Below are positions 40,756 to 50,370 of a stretch of DNA of 64,000 nucleotides, one piece after another. Each line of letters begins with the position of its first letter. Positions within the stretch are counted from its first letter, which is position 1. The stretch lies in assembly GCA_016198905.1 (NCBI GenBank), contig JACQHR010000002.1, positions 1,418 through 65,417 on the forward strand, given 5' to 3'. Source of the stretch: Candidatus Omnitrophota bacterium (lineage in GTDB: Bacteria > Omnitrophota > Gorgyraeia > Aquiviventales > Aquiviventaceae). The translations under genes were made by a program, and so were the position numbers. Under the pieces are notes generated by a model, which had not been told where the DNA came from, searched no databases, and saw only the letters and a program-made list of their open reading frames with translations.

Positions 40756-41034
40756 CGCCACCCGATGACGCCGAGGCGCCTTCAGACGGTTGTGGCAGCC
40801 GCAAGGTATCACACGCGGGCGCATGCCGTCGTGGGCTGATAATGGTGGCGACCAGAGACGAAGGATGACGAAGGGAAAAACCATTTGCGCAAGCTTGACG
40901 AATCGTGGCGGAGTCGGGCAGACTTGAGCTAGCCATTCTGTAGTAGGATGGTTGGGCTGCCAGCAGAAGTCGGGATTTGGCGACGCGTCCATCCAATCGG
41001 ATGGGCGCTTTTCTTGTGTATGAGGTGAGGGACG

Positions 41035-41220
41035 ATGCCACAGAACGGTAAAGCGTATCTGACCGTGGAAGAGGTGGCGGCGTACTTTGGCGTCAACGCG
41101 ACGACCGTCTACCGCCTTGTGAAGCAAGGCAGGCTTCCCGCGTTTAAGGTCGGGAATCAATGGCGGTTCAGCCAAAATCGCCTTGAGGAATGGGTCGCAG
41201 ACCGAGAGCGCATCGGATGA
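41035..41220 (+). CDS. Excisionase-type HTH DNA-binding protein
   Basis: YLTVEEVAAYFGV...TVYRLVKQGRLPAFKVGNQWRF. Confidence 0.88.
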   Translation: MPQNGKAYLTVEEVAAYFGVNATTVYRLVKQGRLPAFKVGNQWRFSQNRLEEWVADRERIG

Positions 41221-43211
41221 GTCGTGGCATCACAAAGCGGACAGGAGCGATCCGTACGCGGCACTATTCGCTTCGCGAACGAATCGATGTCTTGGCCGGA
41301 GGCATGCTCTTCCTCGTTGTGCTTGGCGGGTGTCTCGCGTTAGAGTCGACCCAGCGGCAGCATCGGCATACACAATTGATGGGGGCGATCTATGAGCAGA
41401 GACAACTTGCGCAAGAGTTGATCGTGGCCGGCGATATCCTGGCAGGGGCGGATCCTGAGAGGCGGCGCGTTGCACGCACTTGGGTGCAGACGTTTCGCGA
41501 AGATGCCGAGCAACTGCGCCAGCACCTGCGTGTGTTTCGTGACGGCGGAGTGTTGCTGCGCAGCGGTGGCGAGGTGCTCCTCATCCCCGCGTCGGGCGAT
41601 GCGCGCATCATGGAAGCCGTGAACCAGACGTTGGCGCAACTCGAGCACTACCGCCTGCAGATCGAAGAGGACCTGCAGGCTGCGGGATCATCGCGCTCAC
41701 CACCACCGGCTACGATCTACCGATACGGTGAGGAGCTTCAAGCGCATCTGCGGACGCTTGGCGCGACGACGGAAAGCCGTTCGTTGACGCAGGTCGTGCA
41801 GATGAGCCAGGTGCAGTTAGCCGTGATGGGTGTGGGCATCCTCGTGTTTCTGGCGGCGGTCTTCTTCCTGAGACGGGCGTTGACCATTCCATTGCACCGT
41901 ATGGCCGATGGCATCGAGGCGATGCGGCAGACCGGACGCTTGATGAAGCTTCCGGTGATGCAGACGAATGAACTCGGGGTGGTCGCCGCCGCATTTAACC
42001 AACTCGCGGCGGAGGTTGAAGAGCACAAACAACGGTTACGGGAACACATCGTGGAGTTACAACGAACGAACACAGAGCTCGATCAGCTCGCGAACCTCAA
42101 GGACGATTTTCTCACGACGGTCAACCACCAACTGCGCACGCCGCTGACGGCCATCATGGGAAGCGCAGAGTTGCTCGTCGAAGGAGTCTCAGGTTACGTG
42201 ACGCAGGACCAGCACGTCCTGCTCAAGACGGTGCACGCAAACGCGGTACATTTGAATCATCTCATCAAAGAGGTGTTGGAGCTCTCACTCCTCACATCTG
42301 GGCGGCGTCCGCTCCATCGCGAACCGGGGGATCTGGAGGGCGTGTTGCGGCAGGCCGATACGCGATGGCGCGCGGCGACACGGGCTCAGTCGCTTCACAC
42401 GACCTGCCCTGCCTTGCCGAAGGTCTACATGGATACGGAAGCCATTGGCGAAGTGATGGACCATCTGTTGCACAATGCGATTCGGCATACGCCTGACCAC
42501 GGCACCATCACGGTTCACGCACAGGCGACCTCCCACGCCGTCCGAATCTCGGTCACGGACCAAGGCCCAGGGCTCTCGCCGCAGCAATTGGATCGGCTCT
42601 TTCAACCTTTTGGCCATGTGCACACGCCAGATTCCCCGGGCTCCCAAGGGGGCGGGCTGGGTTTGGCGTTCTGCAAGCAAATCATTCAACGGCACTACGG
42701 GACGATCGAGGCGGCGTCGAGAGAAGGGCAGGGGACGACCGTCACGTTCACCCTGCCGATTGTTTCGGCGACGTTTCTCTTTGAGGAAGCCTGCCGAGCG
42801 GTTCATGATGAGGCCACACACGATCACTGCACTATGGCCGCGCTGCTCGTGACGCCGATGTCGAGGGAACAGGGAGCGCCTCGCGTCGGGGAGAGCTTGC
42901 TGCATCAGGCGCAGACCGTGATGCGCCGCAGCACGCACAAGGGGGATAGGTTCGTGTGGATAGACGACGACGCGTTTGTGATCGTGGCCGCGACCGATCA
43001 GCTCGGATTGCAAGCGCTCATGAAACGACTGACCGGGATCATGGAGGCGCAACACCTGCAGATCTGTATGCGTGCTGCGCTGATGTCGCCCGAGGGTCAG
43101 ACGCCAGAGCAGTTGCTTGCGAGTGTGCGAGCACGCGGATGCGACATTCATGCGACGCACGCGCCGGTCTACGCAAGCGCATCAGTAGGCAGGAGGCCTG
43201 AACGATGCTGA
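41217..43211 (+). CDS. Membrane sensor histidine kinase (HAMP-HisKA-HATPase) with degenerate C-terminal GGDEF-like domain
   Basis: Two TM segments, HAMP, NHQLRTPL, DQGPG, GLGL; tail RRSTHKGDRFVWIDDDAFVIV. Confidence 0.85.
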   Translation: MSRGITKRTGAIRTRHYSLRERIDVLAGGMLFLVVLGGCLALESTQRQHRHTQLMGAIYEQRQLAQELIVAGDILAGADPERRRVARTWVQTFREDAEQLRQHLRVFRDGGVLLRSGGEVLLIPASGDARIMEAVNQTLAQLEHYRLQIEEDLQAAGSSRSPPPATIYRYGEELQAHLRTLGATTESRSLTQVVQMSQVQLAVMGVGILVFLAAVFFLRRALTIPLHRMADGIEAMRQTGRLMKLPVMQTNELGVVAAAFNQLAAEVEEHKQRLREHIVELQRTNTELDQLANLKDDFLTTVNHQLRTPLTAIMGSAELLVEGVSGYVTQDQHVLLKTVHANAVHLNHLIKEVLELSLLTSGRRPLHREPGDLEGVLRQADTRWRAATRAQSLHTTCPALPKVYMDTEAIGEVMDHLLHNAIRHTPDHGTITVHAQATSHAVRISVTDQGPGLSPQQLDRLFQPFGHVHTPDSPGSQGGGLGLAFCKQIIQRHYGTIEAASREGQGTTVTFTLPIVSATFLFEEACRAVHDEATHDHCTMAALLVTPMSREQGAPRVGESLLHQAQTVMRRSTHKGDRFVWIDDDAFVIVAATDQLGLQALMKRLTGIMEAQHLQICMRAALMSPEGQTPEQLLASVRARGCDIHATHAPVYASASVGRRPERC

Positions 43212-43338
43212 TACAGCAGATGCGCGACCGGCAACATCTAGGGTCGCACACGAACTCACGTTCAAGAGCTATCGGAGCGGATGCGGGGTCAGATCGCGCC
43301 CTCAGCGGCTGCGTCTACCCCATCGAGGGAGGACACAG

Positions 43339-43758
43339 ATGAGTGACATGCCACCGACGGGCAAGAAGATTCTGATTATCGACGATACGAAAGATATCTT
43401 GTTTGTCGTGTCCCGCCGCCTCAAGAGCTGGGGCTATGAACCCCTGATCGCGGAGAGCGGCGAGGAAGGCCTGCGCATCGTGGAGGAGCGTGCCCCGGAC
43501 CTCATCCTCCTCGATATCATGATGCCCAAGATGAAAGGGCGCGACGTCTGCGCCCGTCTGAAGGCCAACCCCAAGACCGCGCACATCCCGATCATCTTCC
43601 TCACGGCGTTGGGGCTGGCGGATCATATCAAGGCGGGCATGGATTTGGGCGCGGAGGATTACATCGTGAAACCCTTTGAGCCGGCGGAGCTCAAAGAGCG
43701 CATCTCCATTGTGCTGGCGCGGTACGACCAACCGTCCGCACCGAACACGCAAACGTAA
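43339..43758 (+). CDS. Single-domain response regulator
   Basis: KILIIDD, LLDIMMP, FLTA, VKPF. Confidence 0.92.
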   Translation: MSDMPPTGKKILIIDDTKDILFVVSRRLKSWGYEPLIAESGEEGLRIVEERAPDLILLDIMMPKMKGRDVCARLKANPKTAHIPIIFLTALGLADHIKAGMDLGAEDYIVKPFEPAELKERISIVLARYDQPSAPNTQT

Positions 43759-43887
43759 CCAGAGGCACCGCATGGACTGTGAGATACGACGCGCATGGCT
43801 GTGCCGCGCGCACGCAGAGCGGCGACCCTTCGACCCGCGCCTCGATAATTACAAGATGCTGCAGAGCCGGTTGAACCTAGAGGGGTG

Positions 43888-44340
43888 ATGAAGCGGACTG
43901 TGCGAGCGTTGACCTTGATCGAGATCATCATCGTGATCGTGGTGATCGCGATTCTCGTCGGCGTGCTCTTGCCGCAGTTTCGCGGCACCCAGGACGAAGA
44001 GGCCACGCAACGGGCGCGGTCCGAGCTGCGCACGATTGCCACCGCGATCGAATCGTATTACATCCACAACGGCAACACACTCCCAACAACCCTCTCGGCG
44101 CTCACGTCGGCCACCCCGCGCATGATGACGACCGTGCCGGATGACCCGTTTCGCTCCGGCAGCAACGACTATACGCTCTACAAGGATACGAACGGCGTGT
44201 ACTACACGGTCTTCTCCTATGGCCCTGATCGCGCCGCCGGGATTACCGGCATCAGCACTACCGGAGCCCTCACCGGAACGGTGGGCGATGACATCTGCGT
44301 AACGAATGGCACGAGCGCAGGCGGCACGAGTACGTGTTAG
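43888..44340 (+). CDS. Type IV pilin / GspG-like prepilin
   Basis: A-LTLIEIIIVIVVIAIL prepilin motif, AIESYY, DDPF, SYGPD. Confidence 0.85.
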   Translation: MKRTVRALTLIEIIIVIVVIAILVGVLLPQFRGTQDEEATQRARSELRTIATAIESYYIHNGNTLPTTLSALTSATPRMMTTVPDDPFRSGSNDYTLYKDTNGVYYTVFSYGPDRAAGITGISTTGALTGTVGDDICVTNGTSAGGTSTC

Positions 44341-44396
44341 GACGCGCGGCTTCACGGCAGCTTTCCTTTTGGGCGGGTTCTGCTAGAATCAACGAG

Positions 44397-45545
44397 ATGC
44401 GCCATATCGTCCGTGCCGTCAGCGTCCTCCTTGCGGCTGCGACCATTGGCTGCGCCGGGTACTGCCCGGTGCGGTGGCCGAAGCGCGAGCTCTGGGCCTC
44501 AAGCGTGGCCTCTCCCCCACCGATCCGGCTGCCGGCCACAGCTCCGTCTGATGGCGCTGACGTCATGCGCAAGGAAGGGGTCGCAGTCGTCGCCAGGCTG
44601 CTCAATCCCGCTCAGACGCGCCAGGTCTTCCATGCGCACCTCGTGCGCAACGGCGCGCAGCCGCTGGTGCTTTCCATCAGCAACGACAGCGATCAGCCGT
44701 ACCATTTTCGCAAAGGCGACGTCGATCCCCGCTACATTCCTGCGACGCGCGCCGCGCGATGGGCCGTGGTACATCCTGCCATCACGGCGACCCGTCTTGT
44801 CTCCTGGATGGTGATGATCGTGCCGGGCCTGCTTTTTGAATGCCTCATCGAACCGTTGACGACGCTGGATTTTCCCGGGGTGGAAGAGGCCTCCCAGCGC
44901 CCGTCGGCACCCAACAACCGAACGATCCGAGAGGACTTCATCCGGCAGGAGATCGCGGATGGAGACATCGGGCCCCGCGAGCAACGCACCGGCGTGCTGT
45001 TCCTGCGTCCGCCCAAACTCGGCCGGGTCATTCCGGTCACGCTGATCAACGCGCACACGCAGCAGCCGCTCATCTTCGAGGTCCACACGCCCGCGTCGGT
45101 GTACGTGGATGAGCGGATCTATCCCTATCCGTCCGCACGGGTCTGGGAGGCGGTCGCGAAGACGGTGAAGGGCATCGCCAGTTGGCGCGTCACCTCCAGC
45201 GATCAAGCCTCCGGCCGCATCACCGTGAAGACCGGCACGGGATTCTGGCGATGGTCGACGCGCACACAGATTACGCTGACCGTCGAAGCCGTGGATGCGC
45301 AGCACACGCGCGTTCGAGTGGAACGCACGCTGCGAGGCGACGATACGCGCGCCCTCGGCCGGCCCACCCCGACGATTGAGCGGCTGATATCCGAACTGGA
45401 AGCACTGCTGCCGCGCGCGCCATCGACTCGCTCGACCTCTCGTGGCGCGTCGCTCGACGACCTCCAAGATGACCAGCCGCCTGCGTCAGACCAGCCGCCC
45501 GATGACGTTTCCGGCGATGGCGCGTCGACCCCGCACACCGAGTAA
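44397..45545 (+). CDS. Hypothetical lipoprotein
   Basis: TIGC lipobox; C-terminal domain resembling BamC/DUF3568-type folds (weak). Confidence 0.6.
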   Translation: MRHIVRAVSVLLAAATIGCAGYCPVRWPKRELWASSVASPPPIRLPATAPSDGADVMRKEGVAVVARLLNPAQTRQVFHAHLVRNGAQPLVLSISNDSDQPYHFRKGDVDPRYIPATRAARWAVVHPAITATRLVSWMVMIVPGLLFECLIEPLTTLDFPGVEEASQRPSAPNNRTIREDFIRQEIADGDIGPREQRTGVLFLRPPKLGRVIPVTLINAHTQQPLIFEVHTPASVYVDERIYPYPSARVWEAVAKTVKGIASWRVTSSDQASGRITVKTGTGFWRWSTRTQITLTVEAVDAQHTRVRVERTLRGDDTRALGRPTPTIERLISELEALLPRAPSTRSTSRGASLDDLQDDQPPASDQPPDDVSGDGASTPHTE

Positions 45546-45751
45546 CACCCATCTCAACTCCTCGCGCCCGGGCCACGCACAGGCTGCGGGAGGTCGCGGG
45601 AGGGACGCCAACGCCTTCGTGATCGTCGCCGGTCTTCGTGCCCCGCGTTGCGCGTCCCGCGCGTCGTGCACGTGTGAAGCGTGCCGCGCGCACGGTCCCC
45701 TCGCGACACGTCGTCCGGTTCGTGCAAAGGACACACGCAGGAGGGAGGGTC

Positions 45752-46069
45752 ATGATGCATGCCGCGTTGGTGGTGGGAGCCTATGGAGTGTTCACCGTGA
45801 TCGGTGGCGTCATTGGATACGTGAAGGCGAAGAGCCGCGCCTCACTGGTCGCCGGATGCGTTTTCGGAGCTGCCCTGATAGCCGGGGCGTACGGCGTAGC
45901 CCAAGACTCGGTTCCCGCCGCGGTGGCCAGCATGGCGGTGGCCCTCATGTTGGGGATGCGCTTCGTGCGCGTGTGGCAGCGGCAGCATCGCGTCATGCCG
46001 GATCTCCTGATGGTGCTGCTGAGCCTCGCGACGCTCGTGACGGTGGGGCTGCATCTGACGCGTCGGTGA
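45752..46069 (+). CDS. TMEM14-family membrane protein
   Basis: GGVIGYVKAKSRASLVAG...RF...MP. Confidence 0.88.
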   Translation: MMHAALVVGAYGVFTVIGGVIGYVKAKSRASLVAGCVFGAALIAGAYGVAQDSVPAAVASMAVALMLGMRFVRVWQRQHRVMPDLLMVLLSLATLVTVGLHLTRR

Positions 46070-46171
46070 TGGGCGCCCGCTGAGTCGACGCGTCGGATGG
46101 CGGCGGAAGCCTTATGTCTCCAGTCGTGAGCGACCGTGTTCTGGTCGAGACATTGTGTATATAATAACCGT

Positions 46172-47443
46172 ATGACGCTTGACGCGGATGCGGAGCGCAG
46201 AGCGCTTCGCACGAAACTGGAAAAACTCGAGTTGGCCATCAGCGCGGTCATCGATCCGATCGTGTGGGTGGATGCGCAGGGCCGCATTGAATGGTTCAGC
46301 GCGCCGTTTCGCCGTCTCGTTGAAAAGGCCGATACGGAACTCCTCGGCGCCATGCTCCTGACGGTGCTGCCGCTGGAAGAGCGCGGCCAACTACTCCCGG
46401 AGGGCGCGCATCCCGTGTTGCGTGCGCTGCACGGCCAGCCCAACGCGATGGGCCACTATGAATTCCGCCGCAGCGACCGGACCGCGATCCTGGAAATCCT
46501 CGCGGCGCGCGTGCAAGTCAGCAAGCAGGAGCTGAGCACCGTCGTCGCGATTCGCGACGTGACCGAGCGCAAGCAAGCCGAGGAGCTCGTCAAACGGCTC
46601 GCCGCCGCGGCGACGTTATCCGCGGAAGCCGAGCGCCGGCGCGCGGCAGAGCTCGACAAAGCCTACCAAGAATTGAAAGAAACGCAGGCGATGCTCGTCC
46701 AGGCCGAAAAGATGGCGGCGGTGGGGCAATTGGCGAGCGGCATCGCGCATGAAGTGAAGAATCCTCTCGGCATCATCCTGCAAGGCGTCAGCTACCTCGA
46801 GCTGGAGATTACGCCAGAACAGGGGAAGCTCCACGAAGTGCTGCAGATGATGAAGGAAGCGGTGCGGCGGTCGGATAAGATCGTGCGCGATCTCTTGAAC
46901 TTCTCCCGCCAAGCCCCCCTCGTCTCAAAGCCGGAAGATATGGCGACCGTCATCAACGATGCCCTCAATCTGGTGGAGAAGCAGCTCACGCTGAAAGACA
47001 TCACGGTCACGCGGGCGTACGCTCCCAATCTCCCGGCGGTCCTCATCGACGATAATCAGATGAAACAAGTCCTCATCAATATTATCCTCAACGCGCTGCA
47101 CGCGATGCCCAACGGCGGGGAGCTGACGCTGCGGCTCTTTCTGAAGCAGCTCGACCAGGGCCAGCCTGGGGTTGGCCGACGCACGAGCGACGTGTTCAAG
47201 CTCGGCCAAACCGTGCTGGTCTGCGAGATCGCGGATACCGGCACCGGCATTCCGGAAGACGTCCTCGGCAAAGTCTTCGACCCGTTTTTCACCACGAAAC
47301 CCGCGGGAGAAGGCACCGGATTAGGGTTGGCCATTACGCGAGAGATCGTGGAGCGCCATCGCGGGCGCATCGAGATCGCCAGCCAGAAAGGCCGCGGGAC
47401 GACGCTCAAGATCACCTTGCCGATTTACGAGGCGCCGGCATGA
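46172..47443 (+). CDS. Cytoplasmic PAS sensor histidine kinase (NtrB-like)
   Basis: PAS ending RDVTERK; AHEVKNPL, NALHAM, FDPFFTTK, GTGLGL. Confidence 0.92.
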   Translation: MTLDADAERRALRTKLEKLELAISAVIDPIVWVDAQGRIEWFSAPFRRLVEKADTELLGAMLLTVLPLEERGQLLPEGAHPVLRALHGQPNAMGHYEFRRSDRTAILEILAARVQVSKQELSTVVAIRDVTERKQAEELVKRLAAAATLSAEAERRRAAELDKAYQELKETQAMLVQAEKMAAVGQLASGIAHEVKNPLGIILQGVSYLELEITPEQGKLHEVLQMMKEAVRRSDKIVRDLLNFSRQAPLVSKPEDMATVINDALNLVEKQLTLKDITVTRAYAPNLPAVLIDDNQMKQVLINIILNALHAMPNGGELTLRLFLKQLDQGQPGVGRRTSDVFKLGQTVLVCEIADTGTGIPEDVLGKVFDPFFTTKPAGEGTGLGLAITREIVERHRGRIEIASQKGRGTTLKITLPIYEAPA

Positions 47444-47829
47444 GCAAGAAGCGGATCCTCATCATCGATGACGAGAAGGATCTCTGCAACATCACGAAGC
47501 TCAACCTCGAGCGGACCGGTGAGTACGATGTGACGACCGCCTATTCCGGACGCGAAGGGCTGAAGAAAGCGAACGCCGGGGCGTTCGACCTGGTCATCAC
47601 GGACTTCAAGATGCCGGGCATGGACGGCCGACAGGTGCTGGAAGCGCTCAAGGCGATGCGGCCGCATGCGCCCGTGGTGCTCTTTTCCGTCTACCATGAT
47701 GATCCGGAGACGGTGACGATCGACATCCAGACCAAGGCCGACGGGGTGATTCACAAGCCGATCGATCATGAACAGCTGTGCCGGGTGATCCACGACGTGC
47801 TTGGAGGCCAGGAGCCGACGCCGTCGTGA
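47440..47829 (+). CDS. Single-domain response regulator
   Basis: RILIIDD, ITDFKMPG, HKP. Confidence 0.9.
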   Translation: MSKKRILIIDDEKDLCNITKLNLERTGEYDVTTAYSGREGLKKANAGAFDLVITDFKMPGMDGRQVLEALKAMRPHAPVVLFSVYHDDPETVTIDIQTKADGVIHKPIDHEQLCRVIHDVLGGQEPTPS

Positions 47830-47870
47830 CGTAAAGCCGCGCGAACCAGCGTCGAGGACGAACAAGCCCA

Positions 47871-48274
47871 TGATGGAGCAACACGCCGGACGCACCATTC
47901 TCGTCATTGACGATGAAGTCAATGCGCGCAAGCTCGCCAAGATGCTGCTTGAGCGCGAGGGATTTACGGTCTTCACGGCGGGCAACGGCGAGGAGGGGCT
48001 CACACTCGCCAAGGTGGAGCGGCCCGACGTCATTCTCTTGGACCTCATCATGCCCAAAATGAGCGGCCACGAAGTCCTTCAGCGGCTCAAGCAAGATCCG
48101 GACACGCGCGCCATCTCCATCATTGTGCTGACGGCCAAAGTGGCGGATCGAGACATCGCCACGTCCTTTCGGTTGGGCGCGGCCTTCCATCTCGAGAAGC
48201 CCTACGAAGTGAAGGACCTCATCCAAAAGATTTACGCCGCCCTCGCGCTGGGGCGGCAAGAGGGTTCCGTGTAA
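47871..48274 (+). CDS. Single-domain response regulator
   Basis: ILVIDD, LLDLIMP, VLTAK, EKP. Confidence 0.9.
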
Positions 48275-48308
48275 ATGCAGAGCAGGGCACCGGGTGTCAA
48301 CAAGCAGC

Positions 48309-48337
48309 TTGACAAGATTTTCTTTTTAATATATATT
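48309..48337 (+). promoter_or_regulatory. Sigma70 promoter of the TA-like operon in an AT-rich patch
   Basis: TTGACA-N17-TATATT. Confidence 0.7.
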
Positions 48338-48348
48338 TTCACGGATCA

Positions 48349-49428
48349 ATGAAAACATTCAATATAGTGAAAAATATGGGATCAGCCAGAACACGGCTCG
48401 CGACAGACTTCCTCGGCGCGCTGCCGCGCTTGCTGTCCTCGCTCACCGTTACACAGACCAGCGTGCAGCGAGGTGCCCGCACCGCACCGGAGCTGCTGGT
48501 GAAGGTCGTCACGCCGGCCGGCCACACACGGACTCTGTGTGTTGAGGTCAGAGCCGCCGCGACGCCGAATCGCATTCCTGAGGCGCTGCGACAGCTTGTC
48601 CAGGCGCATCCATCCAAGAAGACGTATCGCGTGTTGGGGGCGGTGTTTTTAAGTCCCCGCGCGCGCCAACTCTGTCGTGAGCATGGGGTAGGATACTTGG
48701 ACCTGGCGGGCAACTGCTTTCTCCGGTGGGAAGGATTCCATCTGGAGAAAATCGTGGACAAGAACCCGTTTCCCGCGCGCGGGCGCCCGTCATCGCTCTT
48801 TACGGCCATCTCCAGCCGCATCGTGCGGGCCATGCTGGAAGAACCCACGCGGGTATGGCGCGTGAATGCGCTGGCGGCGGCGACCGACGTGAGCCTGGGG
48901 CACATCTCCAACGTGACCCGGCGTCTGGTGGACGAACGCTACGCGGTCAAAACAAGCGGGGGATTGCAGCTCGCTCAGCCGGGCACCTTGCTGGATGCGT
49001 GGCGCGAGTCGTATACCATCGAGCAGCATCTCGGACGAGGATACTACAGCTTCGAGCGGGATCCGGAGCAGCTCATGGCGCGCGTGGCGTCCGTCGCCCA
49101 AGCCCATCAATGGCGCTATGCGCTGACGTCGTTCGGAGCGGCAGCGTTGGTCGCCCCGTTCGTCCACGGCGTGGCGACGCGGCAATGGTATGTGCAAGAC
49201 AGCGCGGCGGAGCAGGCGTGGGTGCAGGCGTTGGATCTGCGTCCGGCTGAAGCCGGGCCCAACGTCATCCTGCGCATGCCGGCTGATGCGGGCGTCTTCT
49301 ATCGAGCGCGAGCCGTCAACACCATCCAGATCGTGGGCGCGATTCAACTCTATCTCGATCTGTATCGCGATCCGGCGCGCGGCCAGGAGCAGGCGGAGTT
49401 TCTGCGCAAGAAACTCTTGAAGTATTAA
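48349..49428 (+). CDS. AbiEi-like (type IV TA antitoxin) transcriptional regulator
   Basis: GYLDLAGNCFL, central wHTH VSLGHISNV, LLDAWRESY, C-terminal QLYLDL...RGQEQAEFL; start could be 48376. Confidence 0.75.
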   Translation: MKTFNIVKNMGSARTRLATDFLGALPRLLSSLTVTQTSVQRGARTAPELLVKVVTPAGHTRTLCVEVRAAATPNRIPEALRQLVQAHPSKKTYRVLGAVFLSPRARQLCREHGVGYLDLAGNCFLRWEGFHLEKIVDKNPFPARGRPSSLFTAISSRIVRAMLEEPTRVWRVNALAAATDVSLGHISNVTRRLVDERYAVKTSGGLQLAQPGTLLDAWRESYTIEQHLGRGYYSFERDPEQLMARVASVAQAHQWRYALTSFGAAALVAPFVHGVATRQWYVQDSAAEQAWVQALDLRPAEAGPNVILRMPADAGVFYRARAVNTIQIVGAIQLYLDLYRDPARGQEQAEFLRKKLLKY

Positions 49429-49430
49429 CG

Positions 49431-50351
49431 ATGCTGCCCGAACGGACGACCCAAGCCTACGGCCCGGCGGTGACGACGGCCTCGAAGGCGGTCCTCCTGG
49501 AGCTCATGGCCACGCTGCGCGCGTATCGCGAGGCCCTCGTGCTCGTCGGGGGATGGGCGCCGTACTTCTTGCTCGAGCGGCATCGGCGTCCCGAAGATGC
49601 CTTTGCGCACGTAGGCTCCATCGACATCGATCTGGTCGTGGATCCCGTGGCGGTGCGGGAGCCCGAGTACGCCTCGATTGTCGAGCTGCTCACCGCGCGC
49701 GGCTACCGGCCGGTCAGCAATCGGCGCGGCGGCTCGATTCCTCAGAGCCTTGAGCGCGTGATTTCCTCGCCGGTGACGAACAAACCCTATACGATTCGCG
49801 TCGACTTCCTCACCCAGCACGACAACGAGGCCGTGCGCGGCACGCGTCTGCAGGTGCAAGATGATTTATTTGCGAGGAAGCTCAAAGGCTGCGGGACGGC
49901 ACTCCAGCACTGCACGACGATCGAGCTCTCGGGGACGCTGCCGGACGGCGGGGAACTCACCGTGCCGATGCGCATGGCGGACATCGTATCGTGCCTGACC
50001 ATGAAAGGGATCGTGCTGGGCGAGCGGTACCGGGAAAAGGATGCGTACGATATCTTCGCGCTGCTGGCGCACTACGGGCACGGACCGAAAGATGTCGCCG
50101 CGGCCCTCCAACCCCATCTCGGAGAACCGCTCGTGCGGGAAGCGATGATCAGGATCCGGACGGCCTTTGGGACGCGGACGGCCAACGGGCCGGCCTGGGT
50201 GGCGGCGTTTCTCGTGAGCCCGTTGTTTGCGGCGGAGCGCGAGCGCGCGATCACCGACGCCTTCATGGTGGTGAGCGAGTTTAGTAAGTTCCTCTTCGCG
50301 GGGTCAGACCCCAATCGGGTGATCTCCTCGATTTCTGAGCTCAGGGTCTGA
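49431..50351 (+). CDS. Predicted nucleotidyltransferase (AbiEii-like toxin)
   Basis: LVGGWAP, GSIDIDL, RVDFL, K...R...KDAYDI. Confidence 0.75.
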   Translation: MLPERTTQAYGPAVTTASKAVLLELMATLRAYREALVLVGGWAPYFLLERHRRPEDAFAHVGSIDIDLVVDPVAVREPEYASIVELLTARGYRPVSNRRGGSIPQSLERVISSPVTNKPYTIRVDFLTQHDNEAVRGTRLQVQDDLFARKLKGCGTALQHCTTIELSGTLPDGGELTVPMRMADIVSCLTMKGIVLGERYREKDAYDIFALLAHYGHGPKDVAAALQPHLGEPLVREAMIRIRTAFGTRTANGPAWVAAFLVSPLFAAERERAITDAFMVVSEFSKFLFAGSDPNRVISSISELRV

Positions 50352-50370
50352 CCCTGAGAGGTTATTTTTT
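50300..50370. repeat. REP-like GGGTCWGACCC palindrome pair, second copy usable as terminator
   Basis: GGGGTCAGACCCC 50300-50312; CTCAGGGTCTGACCCTGAG 50340-50358 followed by a T-run, between convergent genes. Confidence 0.55.

Noticed and set aside
40860-40960. c-di-GMP-I riboswitch upstream of the HTH/kinase/pilin genes
   Set aside because: Only a loose GGAAAAACC resemblance; the rest of the consensus is missing
41035-41220. Prophage or ICE excisionase
   Set aside because: No integrase, att site or phage genes nearby; coupled to a kinase instead
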